A DNA stretch of 51,141 nucleotides, counting the filler, from Basidiobolus ranarum (lineage: Eukaryota): the NCBI GenBank assembly GCA_040143965.1. It is 3 parts of 3 records of this genome, joined end to end, with 100 filler letters (N's around TTAATTAATTAA, not from the genome) between each part and the next. Parts side by side here need not be neighbours in the genome. Positions count along the whole stretch, not along the records: positions 1 to 17,011 come from JASJQH010000318.1; positions 17,112 to 34,079 come from JASJQH010000320.1; 1 more part is not named here. One strand, given 5' to 3'. The notes below the pieces were generated by a model. That model had not been told where the DNA came from, did not search any database, and worked only from the letters and a program-made list of their open reading frames with translations. Shown in pieces: positions 11,717 to 25,379 of this stretch. The position numbers and the translations under genes are program-made. Each line of letters starts with the position of its first letter. The stretch's first letter is position 1.

Positions 11717-13616
11717 CTAGAACTCTCCATCAAACTCTTTAATAAGAATATAGGATTCTCTTGGTCTGACGGCTAATTTTATGCTCTGGCGATCTGTATC
11801 GTAGCACTGAGGTAATTTTTCAAGGTTGAACTTCTGAAAGAACATACAGAGAAATATTTTGATCTCAAGTGTAGCAAGCCTTTGCCCAATACATTGTCGG
11901 TGCCCTCCGCCTAGAAAGGAACAGTATACAGTTAATATCAATTAACGAATTTCTACAAAGTTTTATTACTTACCAAAAGGCAGATATGCTCCTTTGCGAA
12001 CAGCTTCACATGTTCTGCTTTCTTTCGCGTTTTCACTCTCGCTGTTTGTCTCTAACCAGCGTTCGGGAATTATCTCATCGGGATTGTCCCAGAAATCTTT
12101 GTTGTAATGCAGTACCGAAGTAGGTACCATGACAGATGTCCCTTGAGGTATGAGCATCCCGTTGAGAATCGTATCTTGAGTTACTGTTCGCCCAAATGCG
12201 TTGACTGTAAAGGTTAGTCGCATGATCTCTTTAAATAGGCTATCTAAGTACGGCATAGATCCAGGCTGAATATCATCATAAGAAGGCTTCCCATTCGTTC
12301 CAATGACCTCGAAGATTTCCTCACGTAATTTGTATTGAACCCGTGGGTTACGCGAGATGAATTTCATTGCCCACTTCAAAAGGGTGTACAAGTTTGTTAG
12401 GGATTGTAGTTTCATTGCATTGTAGTATCATACAAAGGTACTTACGGCAAGAGTAGCTGCAGTAGTTGCGTAACCAAATAGAATCCCGATCATTTCATCT
12501 CTAACTTCTTTAGAACTGAGTTGTTCCCGTGAATTACTGATAAGAGCAACTACGTTTTTTGCAGCAGCTAAAACCTCTAAGCTATCTTCATCTTTGCCTG
12601 AGGATGTCAAATCGCTGTAGGTTTTTTGCACATCCTCAATGATCTCATCGATAAAGTTTAACGCCCAGTCAATTTGACTAGAACGTCCGACAATCTTTTC
12701 CAGTAAGTCGCCAGTTACCATACGTCTGGTGATATCCTTAAAGAGTATATGTATCGCTTTCATGAGATCTTGTTCCTTTTGACCCATCGCATCATCTCCT
12801 CTTACGAGGTTAAATTGATAACCAAAAGCGAAATCTCCCAACACCTCTAGTGAAAATAACTCAAAATCTCTTTGAACTTCATATGGTTTTTTCGAAGCGC
12901 AATTTTTCCACTTGGAGAGTAAATGATCTACGGTTGAGATTACTTTAGGTACGCAAAGCTTCATTCTTTGGGGAGACATGGTAGGTGATAGAATACGATG
13001 ATGTCTCTTCCATTGTTCACCTTAATTTAAGTATTTAATACTTCATGTTGTTCAAGTAGGATACAACTCAGACGTGAGGGAGGACGTACCTTTAATAGCT
13101 ACCAATGTGTTAGGAACAATAGGCGCGAAGATTTTTCCAAAAAACTTGTCATTATCATATATCTCTGGCTTTTATGAAGTTAATGTTAATATGTGGCATA
13201 ACAAGAAGTATTACTAGCCACTTACTTGTCTGAGAATTGTGCGAATAGCTTCTATATCGGTCACAAATACTATATGATTTGTCCCTAGGAATAATTGGAA
13301 AATTCCGCCATATTCCTTTTTCATAGCACACCATGCCTTGTGCATGGTGCCATGCTTTAGCAATGTATGTCGAAGGTTTCCGAAGAGGAAGTCTGGAGTA
13401 GGACCTGGTATACCTTATAATACTACATGTCAGTCGTGCTGAGAAAAAGTGGAGAGAATTATTAGATAATTAAATACCTTCGAGAGGCGTGAAGTATTTC
13501 TTCTTAGTAGAGAAATAAACAGGGAGAAATACAATCAAAGTGAAAAGTAGAGTTAGAGTAGGAAGGTCCAAGGGATCGAGCCAAAGATAGGAAAGTAACG
13601 ATCTTTGTATAGTCAT
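11717..13616 (-). CDS. Cytochrome P450, multi-exon
   Basis: N-terminal TM anchor (MTIQRSLLSYLWLDPLDLPTLTLLFTLIVFLPVYF), IPGPTP hinge, WKRHHR C-helix, EIMR (ExxR), PERW and heme motif PFG|GGHRQCIG split by an intron. Confidence 0.95.
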
Positions 13617-15852
13617 TTGAAATTCGGAAAGGGGGAGAATATGTTGTACACAGTAGGATGAGCTCCAATATTATATAGAGGTTCAACGTTTAGTGTGACT
13701 GCATTTTTCCTATAGGTGGCTGGATGTGGGGCGTGCGTTTACACGGAATAGAATAATCCCATTTCCTATGTTTCTCAAACTATATATTCATTATGAATGC
13801 ACACAGAATAGGAGAGTGGGAAGTAAAACTAATCAAGGCCATAGCCTCAAGACACCCCCCTTCAGCTTGAGAGTAGATTTATTAGTAATGGCCACACCCC
13901 TTGTTTTTAATATAGAAATAAATATGCATGGAGATAGATTTGCAATGATATAGAATTGTGAAAAAGTGGTCCGATTGCGTGGAATCTTACATCCCAGATT
14001 GCCTGCTTATAGCGCTTACAACACGCCAAATCCGTGCGTTTTACCCCTGAACGACCAAAGTGGATGTCCCACACCATCATATTTGGCCATAAACGTTAAA
14101 GAAGACTATGGAGTTTTGTCCATACAAAACTGTTTATCTAAATCGTACATTTACACAAGACAGATGTGGGATTACAGGAATGTGCATTTCGTTCACAAAT
14201 TCTACATCTCCCTGATCCTAGAAACTTTAGGGGTATCTTTTCCTGTGTTATCAAGAATCACAGCCGCCTCTACTTACATATAACTATAAACCTAATTAAA
14301 GCTGCTACTAGTTGTAACTCAATTGATTCCAGTTAACTAAGAAAATACACATAAGCAGTATAAATATTTTCACTCTAATTGTCCACCTGTACTAAAACCC
14401 TCTGAAACGTATACGCTATTGATCAATAACCCCACTTCAGTTTGACACGTAATCTAATCAGCGTGGGGTATACAGAGTGCAACTTCGTTTCTGTTTTATA
14501 CCATCTTGCCTTATAGCAAGCTTTCCTATAGCCGTTGAAAGTTTGCCTATATTCCCATGCACACTTTTTATTTGTTTCATCCGTCTCATTTAAATTGCAG
14601 GGACTCAACTATTATGATCTGGACATGTACTTAATTTCAGCATTAGTATACTAGTTAAAGTGGGTATTTGCCTGTTGAAGGGTAGCCTAATTTCTATCGA
14701 CGGAAAAAAGGACCGATACCCTGGAGAGGTCATATGACCTGTTAAAGTTATACTGCTTATATAACATCAAGATGGAGGAATAGCACAGTTCTTTTCAGGA
14801 GTAAAATCAAATTGGAATAGCATATCCCTTGTGATCATTTGTCCTCATAGTCAATGGCATTGCACACCTACAACGCAAATTCTTAGTACCAAGACATGAA
14901 AGGAACCAATAGAGACTTCTCTTACCATTGTGTTGGATCCTTCAAATCAAACTCCCTGTGATGTAAGACCGTAAGTGAGAGGCTTACAGAAACAATATCT
15001 CTCAAGCTTCAGCTACTCGCAATACTACTCTTCCGTTCTTGAGGTGGAATCCAATCGGCTATACTCATAGTGCGGAATGGTACAAATAACTTTTAATACC
15101 TCGGAAAGATTTTCCATCCGCGGCTTTCTCTTACCAAGTATGGATATCCAAAACCTCCAAAGGATGTTGGGAGCTTTTTGAAATATTTGCATGACACGAC
15201 GTGAATACTGCATACTGTCGGAATATTAGGAATAAGTATTCATATATCATCTTTAGCACATTCGGCGTTTATTTACTGAATATTGAAGTCAAAGTCGTAA
15301 CATCTATTTGGATACATGTCATAATGTTGAGAAAAGGCCAAATCTTCAAACTCATTGAAGTCTCTCTAAATGTCATCTCCAAATCGCTCAGAACCCTAGG
15401 AATGCAACTTTGCTATCATCATTATTCATTTCCAACATTAGTTTAAATATTTATTTCCGATTTCACATGATATTACATGGTTATCACGTACATCTTTCAG
15501 GATTAAATAAACTTCTAATTCACCCCAATTACTTACAACACTTACGAGAGACATATACATTGTGGTGCATACCACCAATAATGTTAGACTTGGTGACAAC
15601 TTTTTGACCTGGTTGGAAGAGAGATTATTGAAATATATTCCTTACGCCCTTTCAATTAAAGATACTAAAACCCTACCAGTGCAGGTAAGTGCCATATGTT
15701 TGAACTCATTATAACAGTGAAAAACCAAGGCACCCAGTCTTTAGATTGGGGTTATAAGTTCCTTCATGATTAGCTTTACCTCAACAGTCCTAAGTATTGG
15801 AGTCTATCTTGAGAATAATATTTACTATTGGTATCTTTATACATCTTATTAT

Positions 15853-15948
15853 TGTTGAAATAAGCCTAGCCTAAACACCTATATAGTCATATATAGCTTT
15901 GTATTTAGTTATCCCATATTGAACTAAGATATCACGAACTATTCTCAT
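15853..15948 (+). mobile_element. 5' fragment of the ~350-bp LTR family
   Basis: TGTTGAAATAAGC..CCTAAACACCTATATAGTCATATATAGCTT..ACTAAGATAT matches the start of the LTR at 44805. Confidence 0.8.
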
Positions 15949-16270
15949 TTTTTAAGTGAGTATTTATCAAGAAGCAAGTTAAAAAGTTAGGTCATATTAC
16001 TACTCGAATGCAAACAACCATAGATCTCAGTAATGGAGATATCATTATAATTGGAGTGAATCAACAATTAGCTCAGCACTCTATGCAAGTTTATAATTTT
16101 GATAGTAGTCCCCCTGCCGAAATTGTGCAGGAAAGTGTTGTGACTTGGAATTGCCAGTGTGTAGTTGTATATAAGTCCCTGAAAGTGAATCTTGTAAAAT
16201 TTCCTGCTAGTATTTTATATTAATTACTGCTACCTCAGGTAATGCCACTGGTGGAGTGTTTGGTGATTTT

Positions 16271-16350
16271 TGTTAAAGTATTTTGGGAGTTTGTTGGAGG
16301 TGGTTTCATTTATTACTTTATTGAGTTGACATATATAGTTAGCTAAACTT
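16271..16350 (-). mobile_element. Degraded 3'-end fragment of the same LTR family
   Basis: TGTTAAAGTATTTTGGGAGTTTGTTGGAGGTGGTTT matches 34240 (TGTTAAAGTATTTAGGAGCCTATTGGAGGTGGTTT) and 46219. Confidence 0.65.
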
Positions 16351-17011
16351 TCTTTTGGAAGTTAGTGTAAATTGAGAATATTTACTAAGTTACATATAGT
16401 GCATTTGAGATCATTACAAAATATTGCATATTAATCTAATATGACTGTTTTTATGTAGTATATGTAGCACAACCACCAAATTTTATATAATGAACAATAC
16501 CCCATTATAGATTTTAATGAAATCATGAATGGGCCATCATTTCTAGTAACACTTTAAAAAAGTCAAACACCCCCAAATTTAACCACTAGACAGCCATTTT
16601 ACATTCACAAATGTTCTAAGCACAGCCATATTGCTTTATTCCTGAATATTCAATAACATTTACTTTGGAGTTCAAGACATTGTATAGCAATATAAATTAC
16701 GATCACTAAATCCATGAAAAGTGCACGGCTCAACATAATTGTGTTACAACTATTGTACCAAATGGATGAATATCATTTCCATTTTTGGCAGTTTTGTGGG
16801 ATGGTTTACTGGGAGTTTAGTCATTAGTGCCATCATGATGCAAATAAGCATATCTCATCTCACGTGATTACCATGATGGCGTATTAACGTCACTACCCTT
16901 GTCTTGGAAAAACCTAAAAATACCATAGACGAGCTGGTACATAGTGGATCTATTTGGGCCCATATGCTCTGCATTTACAGGTTTAGGCGCAACTTTTCTA
17001 GGTGTGGCTAA

Positions 17012-17111
17012 NNNNNNNNNNNNNNNNNNNNNNNNNNNNNNNNNNNNNNNNNNNNTTAATTAATTAANNNNNNNNNNNNNNNNNNNNNNNNNNNNNNNNN
17101 NNNNNNNNNNN
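17012..17111. other. Assembly gap/linker
   Basis: 100 nt of Ns with a central TTAATTAATTAA (stops in all six frames). Confidence 0.98.
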
Positions 17112-17149
17112 AGATAGGGATATTGAATGAGTTTCTTCAAAATATAAAA

Positions 17150-17220
17150 GCGCCGTTAGTACAGTGGTAGAATTGAAGCTTCCCAAGCTTTAGCCCCGGG
17201 TTCGATTCCCGGACGGCGCA
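17150..17220 (+). tRNA. tRNA-Gly (anticodon CCC), intronless
   Basis: Acceptor stem GCGCCGT/ACGGCGC plus discriminator A; D-loop AGTGGTA; anticodon arm GAAGC-TTCCCAA-GCTTT; T arm CCGGG-TTCGATT-CCCGG; 71 nt. Confidence 0.95.
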
Positions 17221-17485
17221 TCTTGGTTGATATTCCTTTTACCTGCAAAATATATATCACCCAACTAGGGTTCACACGCGAATAATTGATATATGTGGTA
17301 GATAATCATATTGGGTAGTAACAATTTAACGATTAAAAAACCCATATATCAGATAAGTACTAGTAAGAATTCCTACATCATATTTCAACAATCCATTCTC
17401 TTTTTAAGTTAACTCGTTCTTCACTATAGATAGTGGAAGTCTTATCCTAAAGAACTCACACTTTGATACGAAATAATTTAGTAAC

Positions 17486-18534
17486 ATGCATCGTCTCTTC
17501 GGTTCAACTAAAAAGAAGGAAAAACCAACCTTAACTGGTGCCATCACAACTGTTTGTATATTCTCGAGAACTTTTTAAACCCTTTTCTTTATCAACTAAA
17601 GAGTTTTATTCGATTATTGAATAGGCAGATCTACGAGTTGGTTCTATGGACGGTAAAATTAAAGCACTAGATATTGAATTAGCAAAATATAGAGATCAGA
17701 TGAAACTGATGCGTGACGGACCAGCCAAAGTAAACCACTTGATTCTTTGGAACGTTTCAATGTAGAATTTATCAACTTAGATGTTCTTTATTTATTAGAA
17801 TGCAGTGAAAGCTAGAGCCATGAGAGTTTTGAAACAGAAGAAAATGTAAATTTCAGCTTTTAATTTGTTTTGTTGTTGAATACTTAACTGGTTTTCTTTA
17901 GGTATGAAGGTCAACGTGATCAGACACAACAACACGTATTCAACATGGAACAAGCTAACTTCGCTACTGAAAATTTACGTGATACTATGGTGACTGTTGA
18001 GGCTATGCAACTTGCAAATAAAGAGTTGAAAAATCAATATAAGAAAGTGAATATTGATCAGATCGAGGTAAATTCTTTCTTTTGTCATGTTAGATATCAT
18101 ACTTTTATTCACAATCATAATCCACAGGACTTGCAAGATGAAATGGCCGACTTACTGGAGCAAGCTAATGATGTTCAGGAAACTCTGGGACGTACTTATG
18201 GACTTCCAGATGATGTGGATGAAGCGGATCTTGAAGCAGGTAAGTGCTGAGGTGAATTATGTTCGAGCAAATCTAACATCTCTTATCTACAAGAACTGGA
18301 GGCATTGGGAGACGAACTCTTGATGGAAGATGAAGAAGAAACCCCATCCTACCTACAAGAAAATACGGAACCGGAATTCCCAGAAACTAACGACTTGAGC
18401 GATCCCAACAAAAAGCAAGATGTGAAGCTGGATGAATATGGTAAATAGGATGTTCAGAGAAATTCCAATCCAACTCCCAATTAATCACCAATTGATTTTC
18501 AGGTTTGCCTGAGGCCCCAATGAAAACCACATAA
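17486..18534 (+). CDS. VPS60: ESCRT-III Snf7-family protein Vps60/CHMP5, multi-exon
   Basis: Spliced [104 protein letters not shown]. Confidence 0.95.
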
Positions 18535-18741
18535 ACAATGCATTCATTTCGTTACTTCTCGCTCTCTATAATTGTACCACTTGTGTATATCAAAAACCAC
18601 TCCACTCAAAGGATTTCTTTAATAATTAAACTGAAGTGTTGAAGTATGCTCTTGATGGACCATAAGACGAAGGAAACATAAAAAGAAGTGAACACGAAAC
18701 GCGATACTATATTATTGTTACAAATCAGCCACATTGGAGCT

Positions 18742-19888
18742 TCACATGTATCCCAGCTTTCTTTTGAGCGATTCTAGTTGTCGCCGCGACTGGTATAGCT
18801 CATGTGTTTTCTCAGTTAAAATTCCAATCAATTCATCGTGTGATGCATTTTGTGTGTTTTTGGAGAAGTCTAACAATTCAATACAACTGTGATCCATCTC
18901 TTCAAACATTCCTCTATGTTCAGTTAATGGCTTACTCACAAATCGACGTATGCTATTTTGACTTTGCTCATTCTTCGACCCGGTAACATAAAGGATTACC
19001 AATGCATCAGTCTCTTGATACAGCCTAGACGCCTAAAACAAACAGAAATGGGGTTAATACAAAATCATGTGAACTTGAAACCTTTCATATAGCTTACTCT
19101 TTGAACAAGCTCATCCGACAAAGCTGTAAAATCGAAATTTCGTATTTGGGGACCTGGTTGGTACAAGTACATGTATTAATATATTAGTAATATGAGTATA
19201 AACACTTCAAAAAATACCTGACGCGAGGAAATTTTCATGTGGAATGGAAAGTATATGATCGGGTGGATTCCTTAAAGATTTGACAGTTAAAACCTTAACC
19301 CAGAGTCGCTAAATTGTTTACTTACTGATGTGAATTCAAATTTCCGTTGATAGATACCCCATTGTTCACTGAGATTCCAGAATCTTGATGTCTTTCTTCT
19401 GAAATTCAATACTATAAACCTTGGGATATATTAGAGAAGAAAGGTAATACTACTAACCAGCCTTGTGTTCTGTGTAAGCTTGATGTACAGTTTGTGAAAT
19501 ACGCGTCGAAAGGGAAGGGACTGCCACAGGAGCAGTTGAAACTTGCTGTGTTGTATGTTGACCATTATTTGATGGTTCTTGGATAGTACTTGAAAACAAA
19601 AATGCAAAACTTTAAACTATGTTGCAAATAAACTCAGGAGAAAGTGGTACCTGAAGTTAATTACTGGCAGAGTTGGTGATAACTCAGATTGAGGCGACGA
19701 TAGATTTCGAGTGCTTGAATCGCTAATATATGTAAGACTGGAGTGTATTCAAAGGCAACTATTATTTTGGGAACATACCTATCTTCTTCAACTTTGGAAT
19801 CATCTCCTTTAATAGTAATATCACCACCATATGGGCATATGTGACCCTTTCTTGGCTGCTTGCACTTGGAACAAATTTGCACACGCAT
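18742..19888 (-). CDS. Hypothetical protein with N-terminal CxxC-x6-HxC motif and C-terminal coiled coil, multi-exon
   Basis: MRVQICSKCKQPRKGHICP start, several short GT-AG introns, last exon ..LIGILTEKTHELYQSRRQLESLKRKLGYM*. Internal exon boundaries approximate. Confidence 0.6.
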
Positions 19889-20459
19889 AACATTAACGTA
19901 CACTGGAATAGTTAGAGATTGAGCACGTTTACGCAATCTTCTAGTCACAAATATCAAACTAATTCCTGTTAGTTTATCGTCGAAATTAATAGATTCATCC
20001 TTTAAAAATATGCCAGTACTGAGCTATAGAATCAATATTAAACTTGGTTACGTTGTCTCATTCACTACAGAACCAATCATACTCGACTCATTGAGATATA
20101 CAATACTGCTTGATTTGACAATATTGCTGAATGTTCTAAACTAAATAGGTGGCTGAAAACCACTATTATTACTGAACCACTTCATTGTGTTCACTGAAGA
20201 TCGCAGAGCATCAAACATAAAGAATGAGCAATGAAACATTTAAATAAACAAACAATTGAAACGTGCTGCGAAACCACAACGACAATTTGATGATGGACTT
20301 GATTGCAGTAAATTTTAAAAATCACAGTTTGTTTATTTATGTAGCTCATGTTAGAACAGTAGTATTAACAGTTTGGAGACAGTTTTAAGGATGCTTTCGA
20401 GAAAGTTACTTTTATGAATACAGAACATGCTGAGAAAAGCAATTGGGAAGATTTCCATT

Positions 20460-21214
20460 TCAGTTAGAGCCATAGGTATTGTTTCTACCATCATTTACCA
20501 AACGTCTATGTTCTGCGAGCAATTCCTCGTCACGTTCACTTTCATTGGGCAAGTAGCTGATGAGCAGGAAGGCAACGATTAACCCGAGTAATTGAATTAT
20601 CACTAAAGTGACACCAGTGCTAGCGAGAGAGCCTTGGTTTTCTACAACAGCGGCAGATAGAGCATCATAACAGGATTGCTCATAACCATAAAATGGGCTA
20701 GTGACACAAGAATCCTTTTTGTTTTTAGGGTAAGCACGATCCAAAACATCCCGGTAACCACAGCAGTTGTATTCTTCTTCAACATCACGAATTGCTCTGG
20801 GATGATGATCGTAAGCCTTTTGCCAGGCTTTGTCCAAATAACCATCCACATTGTGGCGATTGGAATAAGCAACAATAGCTAGCACAATTTGAGTAGTGAT
20901 GAGAGCAGCTAGTGGAACGAAGTAAAGAAGTAAAACTTTGCGGTTTTGGAAGAAAGCACCTGATCCACCCACAAATGATAGTACGAAAACAAATGCACCA
21001 GTGGCTATCATAGTGATAACGATAGCCTTGGATGCAAAGGCTGTCTCAGTCCAAGTGTATAACCCCATACCGATAAAGATAATGCCAGATATCTATGAAA
21101 GAACAATAAGTATATTGAAGGGTTTACAAAGGATATCAGAAGAGCACTTACAGCACCAAGGACATTCAGTCCCATTAAAATAAAGCGCAACGCATTGGTA
21201 TTGATCTGAGCCAT
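20460..21214 (-). CDS. Tetraspanin, 2 exons
   Basis: Four TM segments and a CCG motif (YNCCGYRD) with two further Cys in the large loop. Exon 1 MAQINTNALRFILMGLNVLGA. Confidence 0.9.
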
Positions 21215-22156
21215 GGTGAATTTTGAGACCAAATGGAGGGAGAGGAACTGTATAACTGAGAGAGGGTTGAGAAGAGAGAGGGTTGAGAATATAGCTTTTG
21301 ATAGCTACGTTTGTCACCTTTTATGCAATGAAATTGGTGGGAAATTCCGAGCGCTTACTAGCATGTATTTAGATATTAATTAGTAGTCTAGATTTGCAGT
21401 CAGCAAACGGATTTTTCAGGATTTTGAATACGAAGTATCATAAAAGACTCGAAACTTGGAGGAATCATCAATCAATAAACTAACAATGAGTCTCTGCCAA
21501 TAGAACACCTCATGCTTGTTCATAGTCACCCATATTAGATATGACATTACCTTCAAGACAAGTGTAGCACTTTAATGATGACATCAGTTAATCCTTTAGT
21601 GTGTTCGTCACTTATGAGTAAATAACTGCATTTGGAATGCAAGCACTAAATCATGCCACGGAAACAGTCGTCATCAAGTGCCATCGCAGCATTTCAAGCA
21701 GCAGAAGGGAGTTTCAATGCGCTTCGTTACCCCTCCACTCTATGATAATCCTGATCTCACTCTAATTAGAACAGATCACATGGACTGTTGATTTAATCTC
21801 AATATAAAAGAGTAGTGTGTTGGTTAACAATACTTGGGTAAATATGTAATGACATCGTCAGAAAGTGTACTAAAGCATCATTGGTGCTCTACCCAAAAGA
21901 TGATTAATCGAATGATTTTGAAAAGGCAGCCACTTCATGATCTGGCCTTTTTTGTTTTGACTACAGGTTTATTGCCTGATGGTTGAAAAATAGGTGTCCG
22001 CTTTTTTTACGATGGAGTAATCACAATACTTAACAATGCATAAAATTTTGATTAGATAGTTGTGATTAGTATTGACCTCGAAGCTGTTAATTAACAAAAA
22101 ATCAAAATTCCTTCTACTGCTGTAGAATACCAAGAGTTACACCGTCTTTCGCAAAG

Positions 22157-25014
22157 ATGGCCGATACTTTAACATCAGTCACCGTTGGTGAACAACTACG
22201 AGAGTTGAGAAAACTTATCAGAGGTACGATTCAAGAATGCACCACAAACATCCATACTTCGAATATCGAACATCCGGAAAGGCCTGCTGAGATGTTGTAT
22301 GCGCAACCCAATAGAATCACCGATGGTATGCCTGACTTGGCCCATTTTTTGTAGGAATCTGTGCCACACTCTCCTAGCGAGTTAATTGAGTTTTATCTCT
22401 TTTTTCTTAGGTTTGCATCCATATGGGCCTGTCAATCTCAACAAAGCCCAAATGGAGTTCTCTCATCTGTTATCCTCAGTTAAAAATATACTTGAGCAAT
22501 ATAAAAATACTACACTACTCGAAGTAGGAAGTATGGGACCTCCAGGCGAGCTTGCATTGAGGAAATTAGTCACAACAAGCAAAGCAAGTATATTAAAAAG
22601 CCATTTTACTTATACATTCAAGAGGATTAACGCGTAACTCCTTTCTTGAAGGAAGAAACTGCCGTCAAGGCTCAATTAAATGGTGCAACAGATCTTCTCA
22701 AAGAATGTGCTACTATGATAAAACAATCGTGCGTCAATAGAGTAGTGAAATCAATGTATATGGTAGAAAAGTTGGAAGTGATAGCACACTCCTTAGGGTA
22801 AGATTATTTATCCTAGCTTTACTAAATGTGAGCAAGTAATTGACTTGCATTGGATAGGTTGGAATGCTATCTCGAAACCTCTAACCGTAACGGTCTTACG
22901 ATTACAACAGCTACATTGAGTGGTTCAATTATTGTGGTTGATGTAAGTTTCAGGAACATCTTTGCAACTTAGAGCGTTCGACTGAGATGTTATCCCTATA
23001 GATCGATATAACTAATACGGGCGATATTCTGAAAGTCAAGGTGTCTTACGCAACGGAAACAAATCAAGATGAAAAAGTTTGTTTGAAGCATGGTATATTT
23101 ATTTAGCCCATTCCTGTTCTTTGAGCTAAACAATATGTCTCTAGGTAGACCAACTACTCGCGAATAACTTAAAGTAATTTCACTATGATCTATTTACATG
23201 AGTCTTGTAGATATTGACAAATCTTCAACTTCAAAGAACGAGAAATATTCAAGGATTCAAGAAAAATCTATCTGCTCTGGCCATCCTTGATCGATTTGCT
23301 AACACTTGCCCACAAGTTGATTTTTCGCATTGTATAAGCTCGTTATTTAAAGATATGAAGAGCGTGTATGATCAAGAGATGTATGTTTTGTTGGCTCATG
23401 ATTTGGTTAGTATAAACAAAACACTGAATCTATATTCTTCAGGTCGGTTAGCTCCAACGATACTGAGGCGGTTCTCTCAATCGGCCATGGCATTCCATTA
23501 TCGAATATCGGGTGGCCTGGTCCATCACTAATATATTGGGGATCTAAAGAAACACTGGTGGATGTTGACCTCGCAAACTTTAAGAGTTGGATTGAACAAG
23601 GTATGTCGATGAGCATCAACTAATAAACATGCCATCGACGTAGATCTCATGATTATGCTTTGTAGCAGATAATTATCACAAGCTTGCTAGATTCCATCGC
23701 GCATGCTTCAGTATGGAGGATTCCGATATTCCTGGATTATTTTTACCTGCCAGTAAAGAGCAATATTTGCTTCCAAATCAAGAATCTGCCGAGAAAGTTC
23801 TAAATGAAGAGTCAGGGTATTGTTTTTAGCGTTCTGCGCTCTACCAGAATCGATCTTAATACAGATTATTCAATTTCAATAGGGAATATGATATTGTATC
23901 TGAATCAGCTGGCACATTACTACCTATACCTACTCAGTTTTTAAAGCCGATCTCACCGACATTTTCGCTCGCACCAGCGCGATTCGTTGCTTGGTTAGAG
24001 CCACCTGTTCCGGTTGTCCCATTGTTTTTAAAGGAAATAGCAAATGTAGTAGGAATACCTCATAACATCACTCCTATGCCGCCGACTTCAGATTCAAGTT
24101 CGAGTATCAATCCCATGTCTTTACAAGAACTTCTGGTTAGTACAGTAATTTCTATGTATTCACATATGATTACTCATACGATCCTATTTAGATTAAAGAA
24201 GCAGTTTTGACATGTTGCCCCGATAACCTATCGGACGATGTTATGAAGAAAGCTTTGGAACCTTCCTTTAAATGGAAAGCAGTCAGTTTTATCTTTTATT
24301 TATTTTATATCTCTCCACCTTATACTGATTATTCACAAAGCAATTGGAAGGCAGTAAATTGTGTCAAAAATATTCCTACGTGAGTCAATTGAGTGAGGGA
24401 CTCGTAATAAGTAGAATTCCCTTCACGAACCCTAGTCAAATATTCGGCTTCCTGAAGGTAGACAGCCATCTACTAACCTTTAATGATACCTCGCCAACTT
24501 ACGTCTTTTAATTGTTGAAAACACTCGTAGATCTTGAGACTTCACATCGTCTTCAACAACTTGTTACAATCATGTTTCAATGCGTCAACATACTCTATGG
24601 AGCAGGAGAAGGAGGAAATCACGTTAGAAATCCTATTACAAAGTAAGTAAAATCAGTAGCCCTTGTCAAGTTTACTTACTGACTGTACTCTTAGAACATT
24701 CAGACCACCCTGTGATTCAAGTGGAGATCTCTACACCCAATCCACCATATGACATTGTTGCTTCTTTTACTGAGCCTTTCACACACAACATTGTTTCATT
24801 AGAGATCAGCATTGAAAAGCAAACTGCTCAACCCTCGGTCAAGAGGTATTCTCCCTCGTTGAGCAATGCCATGGAGCTAGATAATACCGATGCTGATGTA
24901 TACGATGCAGAGAAAATGACACGGGTCATCCGTACCTGTGGCAATATTCCTATGTTGATTCAATGGCTGTTTAAAAGGTTAGAGGCCAAACAGACATCTC
25001 AGTCTGTGGAGTAA
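22157..25014 (+). CDS. MED1: Mediator complex subunit Med1-like, many exons
   Basis: Spliced segments TATLSGSIIVVDIDI, KVKVSYA, FKKNLSALAILDRF, DFSHCISSLFKDM, GHGIPLSNIGWPGPSLIYW, RFVAWLEPPVPV and RIPFTNPSQIFGFLKILR resemble the fungal Med1 domain blocks. Confidence 0.75.
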
Positions 25015-25379
25015 TTACATCAAGTTAGTGTTGGCATTCTCAATGATAAAATGCATACCAACATCATATAGAGCAATAGACTGGTTGTATGCTCATGATG
25101 ATAAATCATGCATTAGCAGTTAATTTTCGGCCTAGTTTGACCAGTCTAGCATATATAAAAATAAATGGACCATTTGTGTAGCGTAATCAACGATTGTGTA
25201 GTAAAAATTTCAAACTATTTGATTAGTATTATTCAACTTAAATCTTTGTTGACTAATCCAGGTTCTTTTATATAAAACCAATCTCTGAGACTTGATTTTT
25301 GGTACATTTGAATGATTTCATAAAACCGAGACAGTCTTAAGGTTACTTAAGTTTTACTCTCACAATAGAGTCTTTGAAG

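Noticed and set aside
4378..13616. MFS plus P450 as a secondary-metabolite cluster
   Set aside because: No backbone synthase or regulator, and the genes are 5.7 kb apart.
14727..14740. 14-bp perfect palindrome AGGTCATATGACCT
   Set aside because: Palindromes of this length are expected by chance in 51 kb of AT-rich DNA, and there is no supporting context.
17012..17111. TTAATTAATTAA palindrome within Ns (also 34080-34179)
   Set aside because: Identical 100-nt artificial linker, not biology.
22584..22651. GC-AG intron in MED1 (GCAAGT donor)
   Set aside because: Plausible, but an alternative GT donor and acceptor pair also keeps frame, and GC-AG introns are ordinary.
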